A DNA stretch of 42,980 nt from Pseudomonadota bacterium (GTDB lineage Bacteria > Desulfobacterota > Desulfobacteria > Desulfobacterales > RPRI01): NCBI GenBank assembly GCA_043825875.1, contig JBDRRF010000117.1, positions 1 through 42,980 of the forward strand, in the 5' to 3' direction. Every line of letters begins with the position of its first letter. Within the stretch, counting starts at the first letter, position 1. The notes beneath the pieces were generated by a model. The model had not been told where the DNA came from. It saw only the letters and a program-made list of their open reading frames with translations, and did no database searches. Shown in pieces: positions 6,419-16,700 of this stretch. Made by a program: the position numbers and the translations under genes.

Positions 6419-6769
6419 TTAATTTTTTATATTGCGTATTACAGAAATGACAGAATTGAGCGTTCCATGTAGTGATTTTAATTCGGATAAGATATTATCA
6501 AGCACTATAGGTAGTGCTTTCAAATCTTTTTGCAATTCTACTGTTTTTTCAATGCATTCATCATTGAAATATGCAAGAGGCCGCCCCGAACCGTTGGTTT
6601 TATTATGGAAACAGACCAGAGATTCTATGTTCGCATCGATTGATTTCATAGCATTAAACAATTCATGTATTTGCGGATCGTTCCGCCCCTTAAGCCAATC
6701 CCAAACAATTTTGGCAACAATGCCAAATCCTAGTGTTACGATAGCACCGGTGATTATCGCGTCGTTCAA
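6419..6769 (-). CDS. N-terminal TM plus coiled-coil protein (possible holin or lysis accessory)
   Basis: Single N-terminal hydrophobic helix; last gene of the late block. Confidence 0.5.
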   Translation of the reverse strand: MNDAIITGAIVTLGFGIVAKIVWDWLKGRNDPQIHELFNAMKSIDANIESLVCFHNKTNGSGRPLAYFNDECIEKTVELQKDLKALPIVLDNILSELKSLHGTLNSVISVIRNIKN

Positions 6770-6771
6770 GA

Positions 6772-7458
6772 TTATGTCTTTCTATGACCAGGATGTTCAT
6801 CCGTCCAAAATTCAGGAAAGTCAATATATGGAATATCCACAGTCCCGAAGTTCCCAAGTTTATATATTTTAACTATTTGTGATAATTTTTCATGCCAATA
6901 CTCGAACTCTTTGGCAAACTCAAGCAATCGTTTTGTTGTCCGTATTGTCTGTTTTCCGACCGTTATTTTGCAGCCCCTATCCGTTCGCGCCAATAACGCC
7001 TGCTTGTCTAAAAACACGTTGGATCTAAACTCATTGCGTCCAGGTTGAGGGACGAGCATGCAGTCACACCCAACCAAAATTATAGGATTACAACCCATCC
7101 AATGAAGCACCTGTAAAGCACATCCCCCTGATGAATTATGGAGTAAAGCCCCATTGATATTTCGATTGCCAAAACCCCAATAATAAGTGTCGGTCCCGTT
7201 CGCTATTGGCGTCTTATTGCGCCGCATCATTTGGAGTTTTACACAAGGAGCGCGACGGCATTCGTCTGTCACATTCCGATCTTGCCAAATAATGTAATCC
7301 AATGGATGTTTTTGAAAACCCAGATTGCATCCGATCAATACTCCTTCATTCTTTAAGGCAGGAATGTTATAATAATTGACAGTCCATCCATTCCCAATGA
7401 CAAAGCCAGTTTCATCCTTGTGGCGGTCAACGAGTTGGTCTATCCATTTAGCTGGCAC
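6772..7458 (-). CDS. Maf/MptE-like (DUF115), sialyltransferase-like glycosyltransferase
   Basis: RHKDETGFVIGNG, IGCN, DYIIWQD and SSG..ALQ..HWMGCNPIILVGCD motifs. Confidence 0.75.
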   Translation of the reverse strand: MPAKWIDQLVDRHKDETGFVIGNGWTVNYYNIPALKNEGVLIGCNLGFQKHPLDYIIWQDRNVTDECRRAPCVKLQMMRRNKTPIANGTDTYYWGFGNRNINGALLHNSSGGCALQVLHWMGCNPIILVGCDCMLVPQPGRNEFRSNVFLDKQALLARTDRGCKITVGKQTIRTTKRLLEFAKEFEYWHEKLSQIVKIYKLGNFGTVDIPYIDFPEFWTDEHPGHRKT

Positions 7459-10400
7459 TATTTTACTTTTTCAATAGTCTTTTTATGTTCTTCGATAATC
7501 TTCAATGCCCGACCCGGGAAGGTTTTCTGTATATAAGAATGTGAGCGTTTTAGCTCACTCTTGCGCTTACTGATTTCGAACTTCCTGGTTTTTTCTAAAC
7601 GTTCAACATTAAACTGATAAGTTTTGGGGCGCAATCCAGCCGCCTCGATGGTCCTTTCAAACAAAACTTTTTCGCCATCGGGCGATTTTCCAGATATCAG
7701 CTTATTAAGCTCATTGGCCGCTCGAATGTTTCTAAGTCCATGAACGGCCATTTTGCTTATGTCCATGCCAAGATAAGAAGGTCCGTACGGTTCTCCGGGA
7801 TAACGCTGGATGTCCTCCTCGGTATAAAAGCTATGGTTGGTGGCCATCTCAATCGGCAATTTAATGAATGGGCTAAGAAGTCCAGCCGCCAGTTTATGCG
7901 GTTCCATCCCTATCCAATCTCGCAGATCAGTCCAGCCCATCCATTGATTCCAGAGCCTGACTTCAATCTGGCCAGTTTCTTTATTTACTTGCGTTGGCAC
8001 GCCTAAGTTTTTATTAACCCATCTAGGCAAGAGTTTTACGTCTATGTCCCGGGCTTCGTCGCTTTGAAAAGCATGGACAATGCGGTTAGCCAAAGAAAAC
8101 GCTCCAGGTTTCGTTATCAACATTTCGAAAGTCCGGGGCGTATTTTTGCGAGTCCAATTCCAGAACGGCATAAACGGCATCATGTTCTTGTCAAAAGCAC
8201 TCACCTCATTAAAATTATAAAAAAACTTTTTGACACTCTGTGCCGCCTGATAGGGGTCATCCCCCTTTTTAAGACGATTAATAAAATGGGCGGTCCTATG
8301 GATACTTTCCGCCTCATTGCCGCGTTCAAATAGCCAATTTGTTGCCGCGTTAATAGTTTTGTTCAGCTTCTTTGATGTGCTCTTGGTCAAAGTCACAAGC
8401 TCACCATCAGTTATATGCATCTGGTCTGCTGTATGAATGCCTTTCCCCAGGATATTCTCTTCCAACATATGGCGATAAGCATCACCTAAACTGATTGGCT
8501 TTCCATGCCATCCCGATTTAACAACTTCCTGTGTCAACGAATCGCCTTGAACTCTCGCGGCTTTATTCATCCAATTGTATAGCCCTTTTTTCTCTGAGCC
8601 GAGGAGGGCCTTCATGGCGTGGTGATAATCAGTAGGAACCAGAGAATCGGCAAGTCCCGCCTGCCAAAATCCATTGGTAAAATTTCTCGAATAATACGCA
8701 GGAAAAAAAGCCAAAGTCGTCGCTTTCCAGAAGTTGGTTATTGTCATGACCGACCGCATGGCACCACTCTTGAACGTGGGGTTTTGAGAGAAATCGACAA
8801 ACCGCTCAAGCCCTTCCATTATCTCCGTGGGCATGGCATGTACCGGCAAACCCACGGCCGCGGCTTTGGCCGCATTTAGTTCCTCCTGGTCAATGGTATG
8901 AATCAGCCGGCTTAACCCTCCAGGAGACTTGAGCCTTGATCGATCAACCTGCGATTTCCACATGTTGTAAGCAGGTTCACCAATGATGGTCTTCCAGTTA
9001 TCCCCATAACGAGCCCGCATGCCCTCTTCGCTGAAAAGAACAAGCCGTTCGCCAAGAAGGGGATTCCACTCTTCCTCAGAAACTTCTCTGGCAAAGATCT
9101 TAACTCCCATGTTGATTTTGTCTTGGAGCTTAATGGCATGATTTGAATCCACCATATATTTTTGGATCGTGGCCGTTGGATTTTCCATGAAAAGGGATAA
9201 CTGGCTAGAATCCATGCCCCCAAGCACGTTATCCCATAATCCCCGATCTTTGCCCTTCAGGTTATTGCGGGCATGATAAAAGACTTTTTCAAGGAAATCA
9301 TAAGGTAGCTTGCCCTCCCGCGCCATGCGGTTCAGCGTAGGAACGTCATATTCCTGAAGCACACGGTTTAACCCGGCTTGATTAAACACATCCAGCACAT
9401 CCTTGCCGCGATACTGCAATTTCCCAGCCTTCAGCAGTTCACGAAAAGACTTGAGCCCCAATGCGCCCTTGGCGGTTTCCGTCATAAATCGCGGGACATA
9501 AGCCAACTCAGGATCAGGGATTAAAGTGTTAAGCCGATATTGGCGCATGGCAAATTCGGCCCGCAGTACGTCTGTTTCAATATTCGTCAGTTCTCTTTTG
9601 TGGAGATCCCCTACATCATCCGTTACATCCCAACCTTTCTTTTCGGCTAGGCGGTTGAATTTTTTGTCAACCCTATTTTTAATCTTGCGCCAAGAGGGCA
9701 TATCGTTCATGTCCACACCCTGGCTCTTGGCCATGTTCATAAAATAGTCATAAGCCCTGCGATTAGAAAGTTGATCCCTTCCGAAGTATTTGACTTTCTG
9801 CCCTGGCGTAAGCTCGAACCGCCCGAACTGGTCATCAAACCAGCCTCTAATTTTCTCAATGGTTTCCTTGAGATGCTCCGGAGCCTCCCTGGGCCTCAAA
9901 AAACCCTCGTGGTTGGCCGCGAACTCATGAGGGTGCCTCAGCATGTCCATGACCTTATCCGCGTCACCTTGGCTTAAATTCCGGAAGATCTGAGCCGCTT
10001 CATCGGATATCTGCTGCACCCGCTCATCTGATAGGTAGTGCCTTCGTGCCGAAGTGGCCATGGATAGGGCCGCGTTACCGGCCTCTGACCCTGTGCCCCA
10101 CTTCAACATTTTCGTGGTCCACCCGGTGAGACTGCGCCCGGCCGCCGTATTGAACCTAAGATGACTGGTCATCTTTTCAAACCCGGTAATAACCGAACCT
10201 GACCATTCATCAAAAAGTTTTGGTATAAGAGAGTATTGGCCATCAGGGATGCCAAGCCGGCGCATCAGCCATGGAATTCTGACCGCGGCAAGAGTGGCCG
10301 CCCCCTCTTTCAGGCGCTGTCCCAACCCTGGGGGCAACAAAGTTCTTGGGTCTTCCGCGTTTTTCAAATACGGCGCCACATAATCCATTAATTCCGTTCG

Positions 10401-11156
10401 TCCACTAAGACTTTTAATCTCATGGGCAAATGCGTAAGGATCTTTGATAATCTCGTTGTGCAGCCGGTAAAGTTCGGTCATGTGCAAATGGCTTCGAATC
10501 ATACCAGCAGAGGCATCATCGGCAACCCCGACCGAAGCTGTAGCCTTGGCAATGGTATCATTGAATTCCTTGGACAATGTTTTGCCCTGGCCTACAATGC
10601 TATACATTCTTGCCGCATCATCACCACCGAACGTTTTTGCCAGAGAACCCGCCATTTGGCGCCCATGAAATCCTTGCAAAGCCTTGCCGGTTGCCTTACC
10701 CACATTCCCAATAGTGGTGAAAGTATTAATTGCCATTAATGGATCAGTGAGAACGTCCGCAATAAATCCAGCACCTTCCTTGAGGACGTCGAATTCAGAT
10801 CCGCCCATCCAATCAGGGAGGCGCACGTTCCCCCATTTGCCCGGAGCAACTTCGTCAAGAAAATCCTTCATCCTGTGGCGCTCTTCCCCAAGCAGGGCCT
10901 GGCCCACTCTGTCAAAGGGGGAGAAATCGCCGCCATCCACTAAATCGGTGAGGATTCCGGCCATAGCGGATTGGGGTCTGCCGAGATAATCCAGCAAGGT
11001 AAAAAGCGCATTCTCTGAGTCTTTTTCCTCATCGATCTGCTGTTCGGCCACCTTCTCGAAAAGCTGATCTTCCGGGGCCTGCTGGGGAAAGCTGTGGCCC
11101 AATAAACTGCTGATTGTAGGTATGTTTATTTTAGGGACGAACTGTTCAATGCCCAT
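7458..11156 (-). CDS. Large internal virion / DNA ejection protein (1232 aa)
   Basis: Third of three genes after the tail nozzle; C-terminal R..HF...AAQSVKKFFYNF...MPFWNWTRKN motif typical of large ejection/polyvalent proteins. Confidence 0.7.
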   Translation of the reverse strand: MGIEQFVPKINIPTISSLLGHSFPQQAPEDQLFEKVAEQQIDEEKDSENALFTLLDYLGRPQSAMAGILTDLVDGGDFSPFDRVGQALLGEERHRMKDFLDEVAPGKWGNVRLPDWMGGSEFDVLKEGAGFIADVLTDPLMAINTFTTIGNVGKATGKALQGFHGRQMAGSLAKTFGGDDAARMYSIVGQGKTLSKEFNDTIAKATASVGVADDASAGMIRSHLHMTELYRLHNEIIKDPYAFAHEIKSLSGRTELMDYVAPYLKNAEDPRTLLPPGLGQRLKEGAATLAAVRIPWLMRRLGIPDGQYSLIPKLFDEWSGSVITGFEKMTSHLRFNTAAGRSLTGWTTKMLKWGTGSEAGNAALSMATSARRHYLSDERVQQISDEAAQIFRNLSQGDADKVMDMLRHPHEFAANHEGFLRPREAPEHLKETIEKIRGWFDDQFGRFELTPGQKVKYFGRDQLSNRRAYDYFMNMAKSQGVDMNDMPSWRKIKNRVDKKFNRLAEKKGWDVTDDVGDLHKRELTNIETDVLRAEFAMRQYRLNTLIPDPELAYVPRFMTETAKGALGLKSFRELLKAGKLQYRGKDVLDVFNQAGLNRVLQEYDVPTLNRMAREGKLPYDFLEKVFYHARNNLKGKDRGLWDNVLGGMDSSQLSLFMENPTATIQKYMVDSNHAIKLQDKINMGVKIFAREVSEEEWNPLLGERLVLFSEEGMRARYGDNWKTIIGEPAYNMWKSQVDRSRLKSPGGLSRLIHTIDQEELNAAKAAAVGLPVHAMPTEIMEGLERFVDFSQNPTFKSGAMRSVMTITNFWKATTLAFFPAYYSRNFTNGFWQAGLADSLVPTDYHHAMKALLGSEKKGLYNWMNKAARVQGDSLTQEVVKSGWHGKPISLGDAYRHMLEENILGKGIHTADQMHITDGELVTLTKSTSKKLNKTINAATNWLFERGNEAESIHRTAHFINRLKKGDDPYQAAQSVKKFFYNFNEVSAFDKNMMPFMPFWNWTRKNTPRTFEMLITKPGAFSLANRIVHAFQSDEARDIDVKLLPRWVNKNLGVPTQVNKETGQIEVRLWNQWMGWTDLRDWIGMEPHKLAAGLLSPFIKLPIEMATNHSFYTEEDIQRYPGEPYGPSYLGMDISKMAVHGLRNIRAANELNKLISGKSPDGEKVLFERTIEAAGLRPKTYQFNVERLEKTRKFEISKRKSELKRSHSYIQKTFPGRALKIIEEHKKTIEKVK

Positions 11157-11160
11157 AGCG

Positions 11161-12633
11161 TCACTCTATTGATTCGAATTTAGGAGGCCCCAACATTTCA
11201 GTTGTCAACATGCTTAGATATTTTTGGAATTCGCTGTCGTATCCCGTTCCTTTTGTGATAACCCCATTCAAGATTTCCCTCCATTCCACACCAGAATTTA
11301 TCTCATTGGGCAACAATTTAACGAGCTTCCTGTCTTTTTGCGCAAAAGAATTAAAGCCCGCAGGCGCATAAGGATTTAATGGCGTTCTTACTTCGTACTC
11401 TTTTTCCCCAACAGGAACATAAAGAAACTTCTTGCCCGTAGAAGGATCTTTTTTTACGACCGCCACATCAGGCAAATTGTCCATTATATTCTTAACAACA
11501 TCGCCATAGCGCCTTGCGCCTGGTGCGGTTGAACTTAAAATCGGGTTTTCTTTAATCGTGCGGGGCGTCAATTGTACCGCTTTATCAAGCGCCTTTTCTG
11601 GCGCCAATTTGGCCATCGGCGAATTTTCAATAAAAAAAGAATTGGCCGGAGTGTATTTTTTAGAATGGACATCTAACCCTATTTCAGCCGAATGCTCACT
11701 CATCATAGCCCCGCCAGTGCCATGAATTTGTTTTGCCTCTTCAGCAAGTGCATCGTCGTCTAGTATGGCAAGTGCTTGATAATTAGGATCTTGAGTCTTC
11801 AGCTTTTTGCCTCTCCATTCTTTAATATCCGCTATCTGCGTTTCGAGTGGCGCATTCATTAAAGTCTCTCTAAGTCCTGTCTCATTCAAATGAGCTGAAT
11901 ATTCCTTTTGAATAATGGAACTTGCAACTTCGCTATATACTTCTTGCCCGGCTTGCTTTTGTTTTATCTCCCATTTTTCTGCCAAAGCCCGCGGAGAAGG
12001 TTCCCCTGTCAGCATGGAATTAATATTTTCAGGCGTGACATCTTCCTGGATTTGGGCAAGCCTGCGCGTTGCATCCGCTTCATCCTTGGCAGGCCCGAAC
12101 CGATCGATATTTTCCTGGATGCGCTCGGATGCCTGTCTTCTAAGGGCTATAGTGCTGGCGTTTTCTTTGCCCTTTTGCATGGCGTCAGCAATGCGCATAT
12201 TCCAATCAGTATTCCAATTGTCCAGCTCCTTCTCGGCCAATCCAGAAATGGCAGATCCCGCAATGAACAAACCGGCATTTTGATTATGTGCGCCCACCAT
12301 CTTCAAAGCCGTGCCCGAGAGAATGGCAAGTAGCTTGCCTTTGTTTTCCGGCAAAAACGATCCTTGCTTCAATTGGATGAGACCTTCTATTTGTGTTTGT
12401 TTTTTTTTCGCGCCTGTAGCGTCCCTGTGAGGCAGCATACCGCCTTCTTTGTCGGTAAGCATATTGTCCAATGCGCTGGAAGTGCTTTGTTCTACAGCCG
12501 CTGGATTCTGAAAATGCTCCATCACAGATCCGCTTTCAGGATCAAATCGCGCCCCCTCGCCTGTATTGGGGTCAGCACCAAGTAAAGAAGCAAGTGACAT
12601 TGAAAAGGTAGAAACTTCATTCATATTTATCAC
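11161..12633 (-). CDS. Putative internal virion protein (490 aa)
   Basis: Position between two ejection-like genes; helical composition. Confidence 0.55.
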   Translation of the reverse strand: MINMNEVSTFSMSLASLLGADPNTGEGARFDPESGSVMEHFQNPAAVEQSTSSALDNMLTDKEGGMLPHRDATGAKKKQTQIEGLIQLKQGSFLPENKGKLLAILSGTALKMVGAHNQNAGLFIAGSAISGLAEKELDNWNTDWNMRIADAMQKGKENASTIALRRQASERIQENIDRFGPAKDEADATRRLAQIQEDVTPENINSMLTGEPSPRALAEKWEIKQKQAGQEVYSEVASSIIQKEYSAHLNETGLRETLMNAPLETQIADIKEWRGKKLKTQDPNYQALAILDDDALAEEAKQIHGTGGAMMSEHSAEIGLDVHSKKYTPANSFFIENSPMAKLAPEKALDKAVQLTPRTIKENPILSSTAPGARRYGDVVKNIMDNLPDVAVVKKDPSTGKKFLYVPVGEKEYEVRTPLNPYAPAGFNSFAQKDRKLVKLLPNEINSGVEWREILNGVITKGTGYDSEFQKYLSMLTTEMLGPPKFESIE

Positions 12634-13301
12634 CCCACATTCACATTCGGAATCGCTCCGGCGAATTTTTGTGCTTTGGCCATTTCCCTCTGCCCCTTAT
12701 ACCCTAGCATGGTCTGCTCTTGCCCAAGATGCCCGCCCATGATCTGGTTCAACAAATTATACTTGAACGTCAGAGCGTCAAGCAACTGACTGCGCTCTGC
12801 CTCTTGAACGGTAAACTCGGAAGTATACCGATCTATGTCAGATGTATATTGCTGCAAGTCCAGCGCCCCACCCTGGGCCATCCCCTGCGTTGCGGCCTGG
12901 GATCTGGCTTGCGCGCCAAGCGTCAAAGAAGAGCCTATGCCGCCGCCTCGACCAGCCATAGATTGAGATATATCTCTTGCCTGTATATCGGCCTGTTGCT
13001 GTCCAGCCGCAAGAAGACGCTCTGTGAACCCGGTGCCGAGCTCGGGGCGCTCAAGGTCATAGGGCTTGGATGTGCCGCTCATCAAGTCCTGAAGCATCTT
13101 ATCTTCGCCCATAAGGCGGTTAAGCCATTCCGGAGTCCCAACAGTATGCTCTGGCCCCAACTGCTCAGAAGAAGCCTCGTCATCTCTATATTTATTGAAT
13201 TTTCTATCCAGGAGATGTCCAGCCAATCCCCCTACAGGCCCCCCTACAATAGCCCCGGCAACCGTTCCCACATTCTTTTTCACCCATTTACTGAAACCCA
13301 T
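12630..13301 (-). CDS. Putative DNA ejection / pilot protein (Gly/Ala/Gln-rich, 223 aa)
   Basis: GGAGGTGA RBS before ATG 13301; glycine zipper GAIVGGPVGGLAG; MAGRGGGIGSS motif. Confidence 0.7.
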   Translation of the reverse strand: MGFSKWVKKNVGTVAGAIVGGPVGGLAGHLLDRKFNKYRDDEASSEQLGPEHTVGTPEWLNRLMGEDKMLQDLMSGTSKPYDLERPELGTGFTERLLAAGQQQADIQARDISQSMAGRGGGIGSSLTLGAQARSQAATQGMAQGGALDLQQYTSDIDRYTSEFTVQEAERSQLLDALTFKYNLLNQIMGGHLGQEQTMLGYKGQREMAKAQKFAGAIPNVNVG

Positions 13302-13305
13302 GCAA

Positions 13306-13791
13306 TCACCTCCAAAGCAAAAGCCGGATATATCCGCTATCATATGCAGAATCATGCATAATTATAACATTGGCGGAAGTCGATATCAATGTACTATTTC
13401 CGTTCACTTCGAACTCGGCCTTTAATCCTGACTTGACCATCCCGCTGACATTCCCTGTGTCCGTAAAAACAATGAGGGGAATAGGCGTAACAACGTCAGT
13501 TGCCGCAGGTTCCGCTTTTGTGCTGAAATAACAAATAACCCTATTGGGCACACCACCTAAATTGGGATGTTCCAATCTGTATTTTTTTGAACCACCTTCA
13601 ATATAGAAATAACCCGAATCAAAATTCGGCACATTATTGCGCAACGCATTCAATTCTTTCAGCACCATGTTCTTGAACTCTTGCGCGGATCGGTCATCCG
13701 GATTCCATTCCGTGGTTAAAGTCCTTAACACACCTACATTATGCGCCCCCTTCGTGGTGGCATCAAGCTGTATTGTTTTGATATTACCCAT
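13306..13791 (-). CDS. Putative tail accessory protein (161 aa)
   Basis: Start MGNIKT overlaps the nozzle stop; FDSGY...HPNLGGVP resembles H-x-LG-x2-P tail motifs. Confidence 0.6.
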   Translation of the reverse strand: MGNIKTIQLDATTKGAHNVGVLRTLTTEWNPDDRSAQEFKNMVLKELNALRNNVPNFDSGYFYIEGGSKKYRLEHPNLGGVPNRVICYFSTKAEPAATDVVTPIPLIVFTDTGNVSGMVKSGLKAEFEVNGNSTLISTSANVIIMHDSAYDSGYIRLLLWR

Positions 13792-16700
13792 GCAACTTAC
13801 CCTTTGTATGCTCAATGTTATATGTAACATTCCGCATTGAAAAGGCCGAGCTGGCAAAAAATACAGATTCCATCGAAAACCCTTTATGCATCCCCTGAAG
13901 CACAGGGTATCGGTATTCTTGGCCAGATGGAGAATGTGAAGCTGTAGGGTCCGTCACACCGTTATCATAATCATGTTTAGTCATCATGCCCGATATTGAA
14001 GAAAAGCCGGTAGAAAGCCATTCCACCTCTTTGAGATTCTTATTGTACATGGTGCTTTCACCCAGGTTCCCTTGGAAGTTAAATATGGGTGTTTTTTCAT
14101 ATACAAGGATATGACCAATATAGTACGTGATGGTCCCCGATGGAGTTTCACCCGTGGCATTGAATATCGCCTTCCAGGAATCCACGGAGAACGACGAGGT
14201 TGAAATCTCTGACGTTATTGTGCCTGACCAGACCCTGTGGTTCGTTGTGTCCGCAATGTACACCACAGCACCAATATTCGAGCCGTCAACGGGCAAGGAA
14301 AGGCCACCTGTCACCGTGGCGCCTGAAACCGACCCGGTTCCTGTCAAAGCAGAATCGGCCACATCAACGTAAGTGTCCGGGTCATACTTCAAAATCTTGC
14401 CGTAAGGCGTTCCAACATAAATAGTCTCTCCATCAACATATCCACATGTAACATATGGCACAGCATCTATGGATATAACGCCAGTTCTTAAATCAATAAC
14501 TACGCATCTATCACAGTAGGATGAAGAGGAGGAAGGAACAAACGCCAAGACAAGGTCATCTTTTTTGCTATGGAGCATGAAAGCCTTGCTCGAAAGGGTA
14601 GTCTGATTTACATTATTTGCAAAAAAATCGGCAAGACCTGTCGTGACAAGCTGAGGCTCCCCCTGGGTATAACTGTAAATCCCATTCGTATCCATGAAAA
14701 GCATTGCGTCGCCAGCCACAAGGACACATCGTTGATTTAAGGCCCCCACGCCCTTATAGATCAATTGACTCGAAAACGTGCCTCCCGACTCGGGATTGAT
14801 TCTAAAAATACTATTATCCTTAAAGGCGTACAAAATGCCATTGAACCTCTGGAGCGCCTTTCCGGATGTTGTGCCACCTTCTTCTATGATTAGAGCATTC
14901 AATTCAGGAAATTGATCAGGAATCGCAAGCCCAAGAGAATCAACATCCGACCATGTTAAAGCAGAAGCCAATTCATCAACATTGAACATGAATAATCTAC
15001 CATATGCCACCTCCATTGCAGCGCCTGGTCTTGGCACAAGATCTTGACCATAATGAGACAAAGGCAACAAGGATTGATCCGTCATCTGTGTATAAAGCAT
15101 TCGGTCATATACCCGAACAGCTTCAAACCCATCCGGCATAATTTGATCAGAAGCTTTATATAAAAGGCTTTCTACTCCGATCCCTTCCAGATCTTTAGTT
15201 TTATAAAGCAAAAGATTTCTCGCGTCAGGATCGGCGGTCCCGTAAGTCTGCAATTCCACTTCGGGAGCACCTATTTGCGGCGATAGCTGCGTGTCCAGAT
15301 AAACCATAAAATTAGAATCTTTAAATATGGGCATGGTCCCAGAAAAAGCACCATTTCCCATGTCGCTATACTGAAGAGTATAAGCAATCCTATTTTCATG
15401 ATTGATGACAGCGTCGCTATCTGAAAAACCTGCAATTTCCGAAACAAGCACTTCAGGAATATCCGTGAAGCTAATCTGTGTAGGCCGCTCTACGCCAAGA
15501 AATGCGAATTTATCCTTTGGAGTTATTTTAATAGCATCGTCTAAACTAAGAAACACACCCCTATTATTAACAATTGAAAAATTAACAGCATTTGTCAACC
15601 CTGATTTTATCCACCCTTTCTCTCTCTGAGTACAAACGCCAGTAGATGTGTTTACTTCCCATATTTGAGAATTGGCAACAACAAACAAGTGATTTACATC
15701 CTCTTTTTCAGTCTTGTATCTTACAATAGCTTGGATATAAGGGAAATTAGCAGCAAACGACAAAGGCCCGCTACACCATCTAGGCGATAGGCTTCTGAGC
15801 TTGTAAACAGAATGTCCACTTTTAGTTGTTGAACCGCCACCGTTCAATTCAAAGTATCTTGTCTTGTAACTTATGCCGCCAATATCCTCAGATCCTTGGA
15901 CTGGCGAATCATCAATAAATGTTCCTACTAAACGCTGATCTCTATAACGAAAATCATAATCTCCACCCGTCGCAGACGAACCGTTGCCATCAGTAAAAAT
16001 AATCCGTTCTTGAAAATTATATTTGAAAGTATCCGAATTCAGATCATTAACTAAATTAGATAAAAGAAAACCAGACCGCCATAAATATCCAATATACTTT
16101 TTTGAAAACCCAACATAACTCTGAGGAAACAACAGAACGCGCTTTTCAGATGCGGCATAAGCTCCATATCCATAATCCCACTGAATGCCTCTTTTAACTA
16201 TATATTTATTGCCGAGAAGCAACGCTGAAGTTCCAGCAGTAAACGAACCTTCTTCTGAATCCGGGAAACTTAAAGATGGGCAAACAACAAACACTCTTTT
16301 TTTATACGCACTAAAATCATATCCGCTCAAGTCAGATATCCAGCATGATTTTAAAGCCGCCGCTCCTCCCATGGGATCTTGATCATCGGTATTAGCCCTA
16401 TCAAGAAAAAGGCGTTCCCTATCTGGGAGTTTATTTACATTGTATGTAGCGTCAACCAAGTTCTGATTATCGGCGTCTGAATCTGCGCCAGATTCAGCAT
16501 AAGGGTGATCATCCCACCATTGCCTGAAAAACAACAAATCGAATGCCACACCCATATTTGGATTAGACGGCATGCCACCTATCGCGCCAGTAACACCAAT
16601 GAAGGCATCAGTCCAATTCTCCACAAAAGCGGGGTAAGTGTCGCCTAGTGTGGTCATGGGATAGCCAGTTGTATCCGTGTCATTCCAATATCCAACTGCC

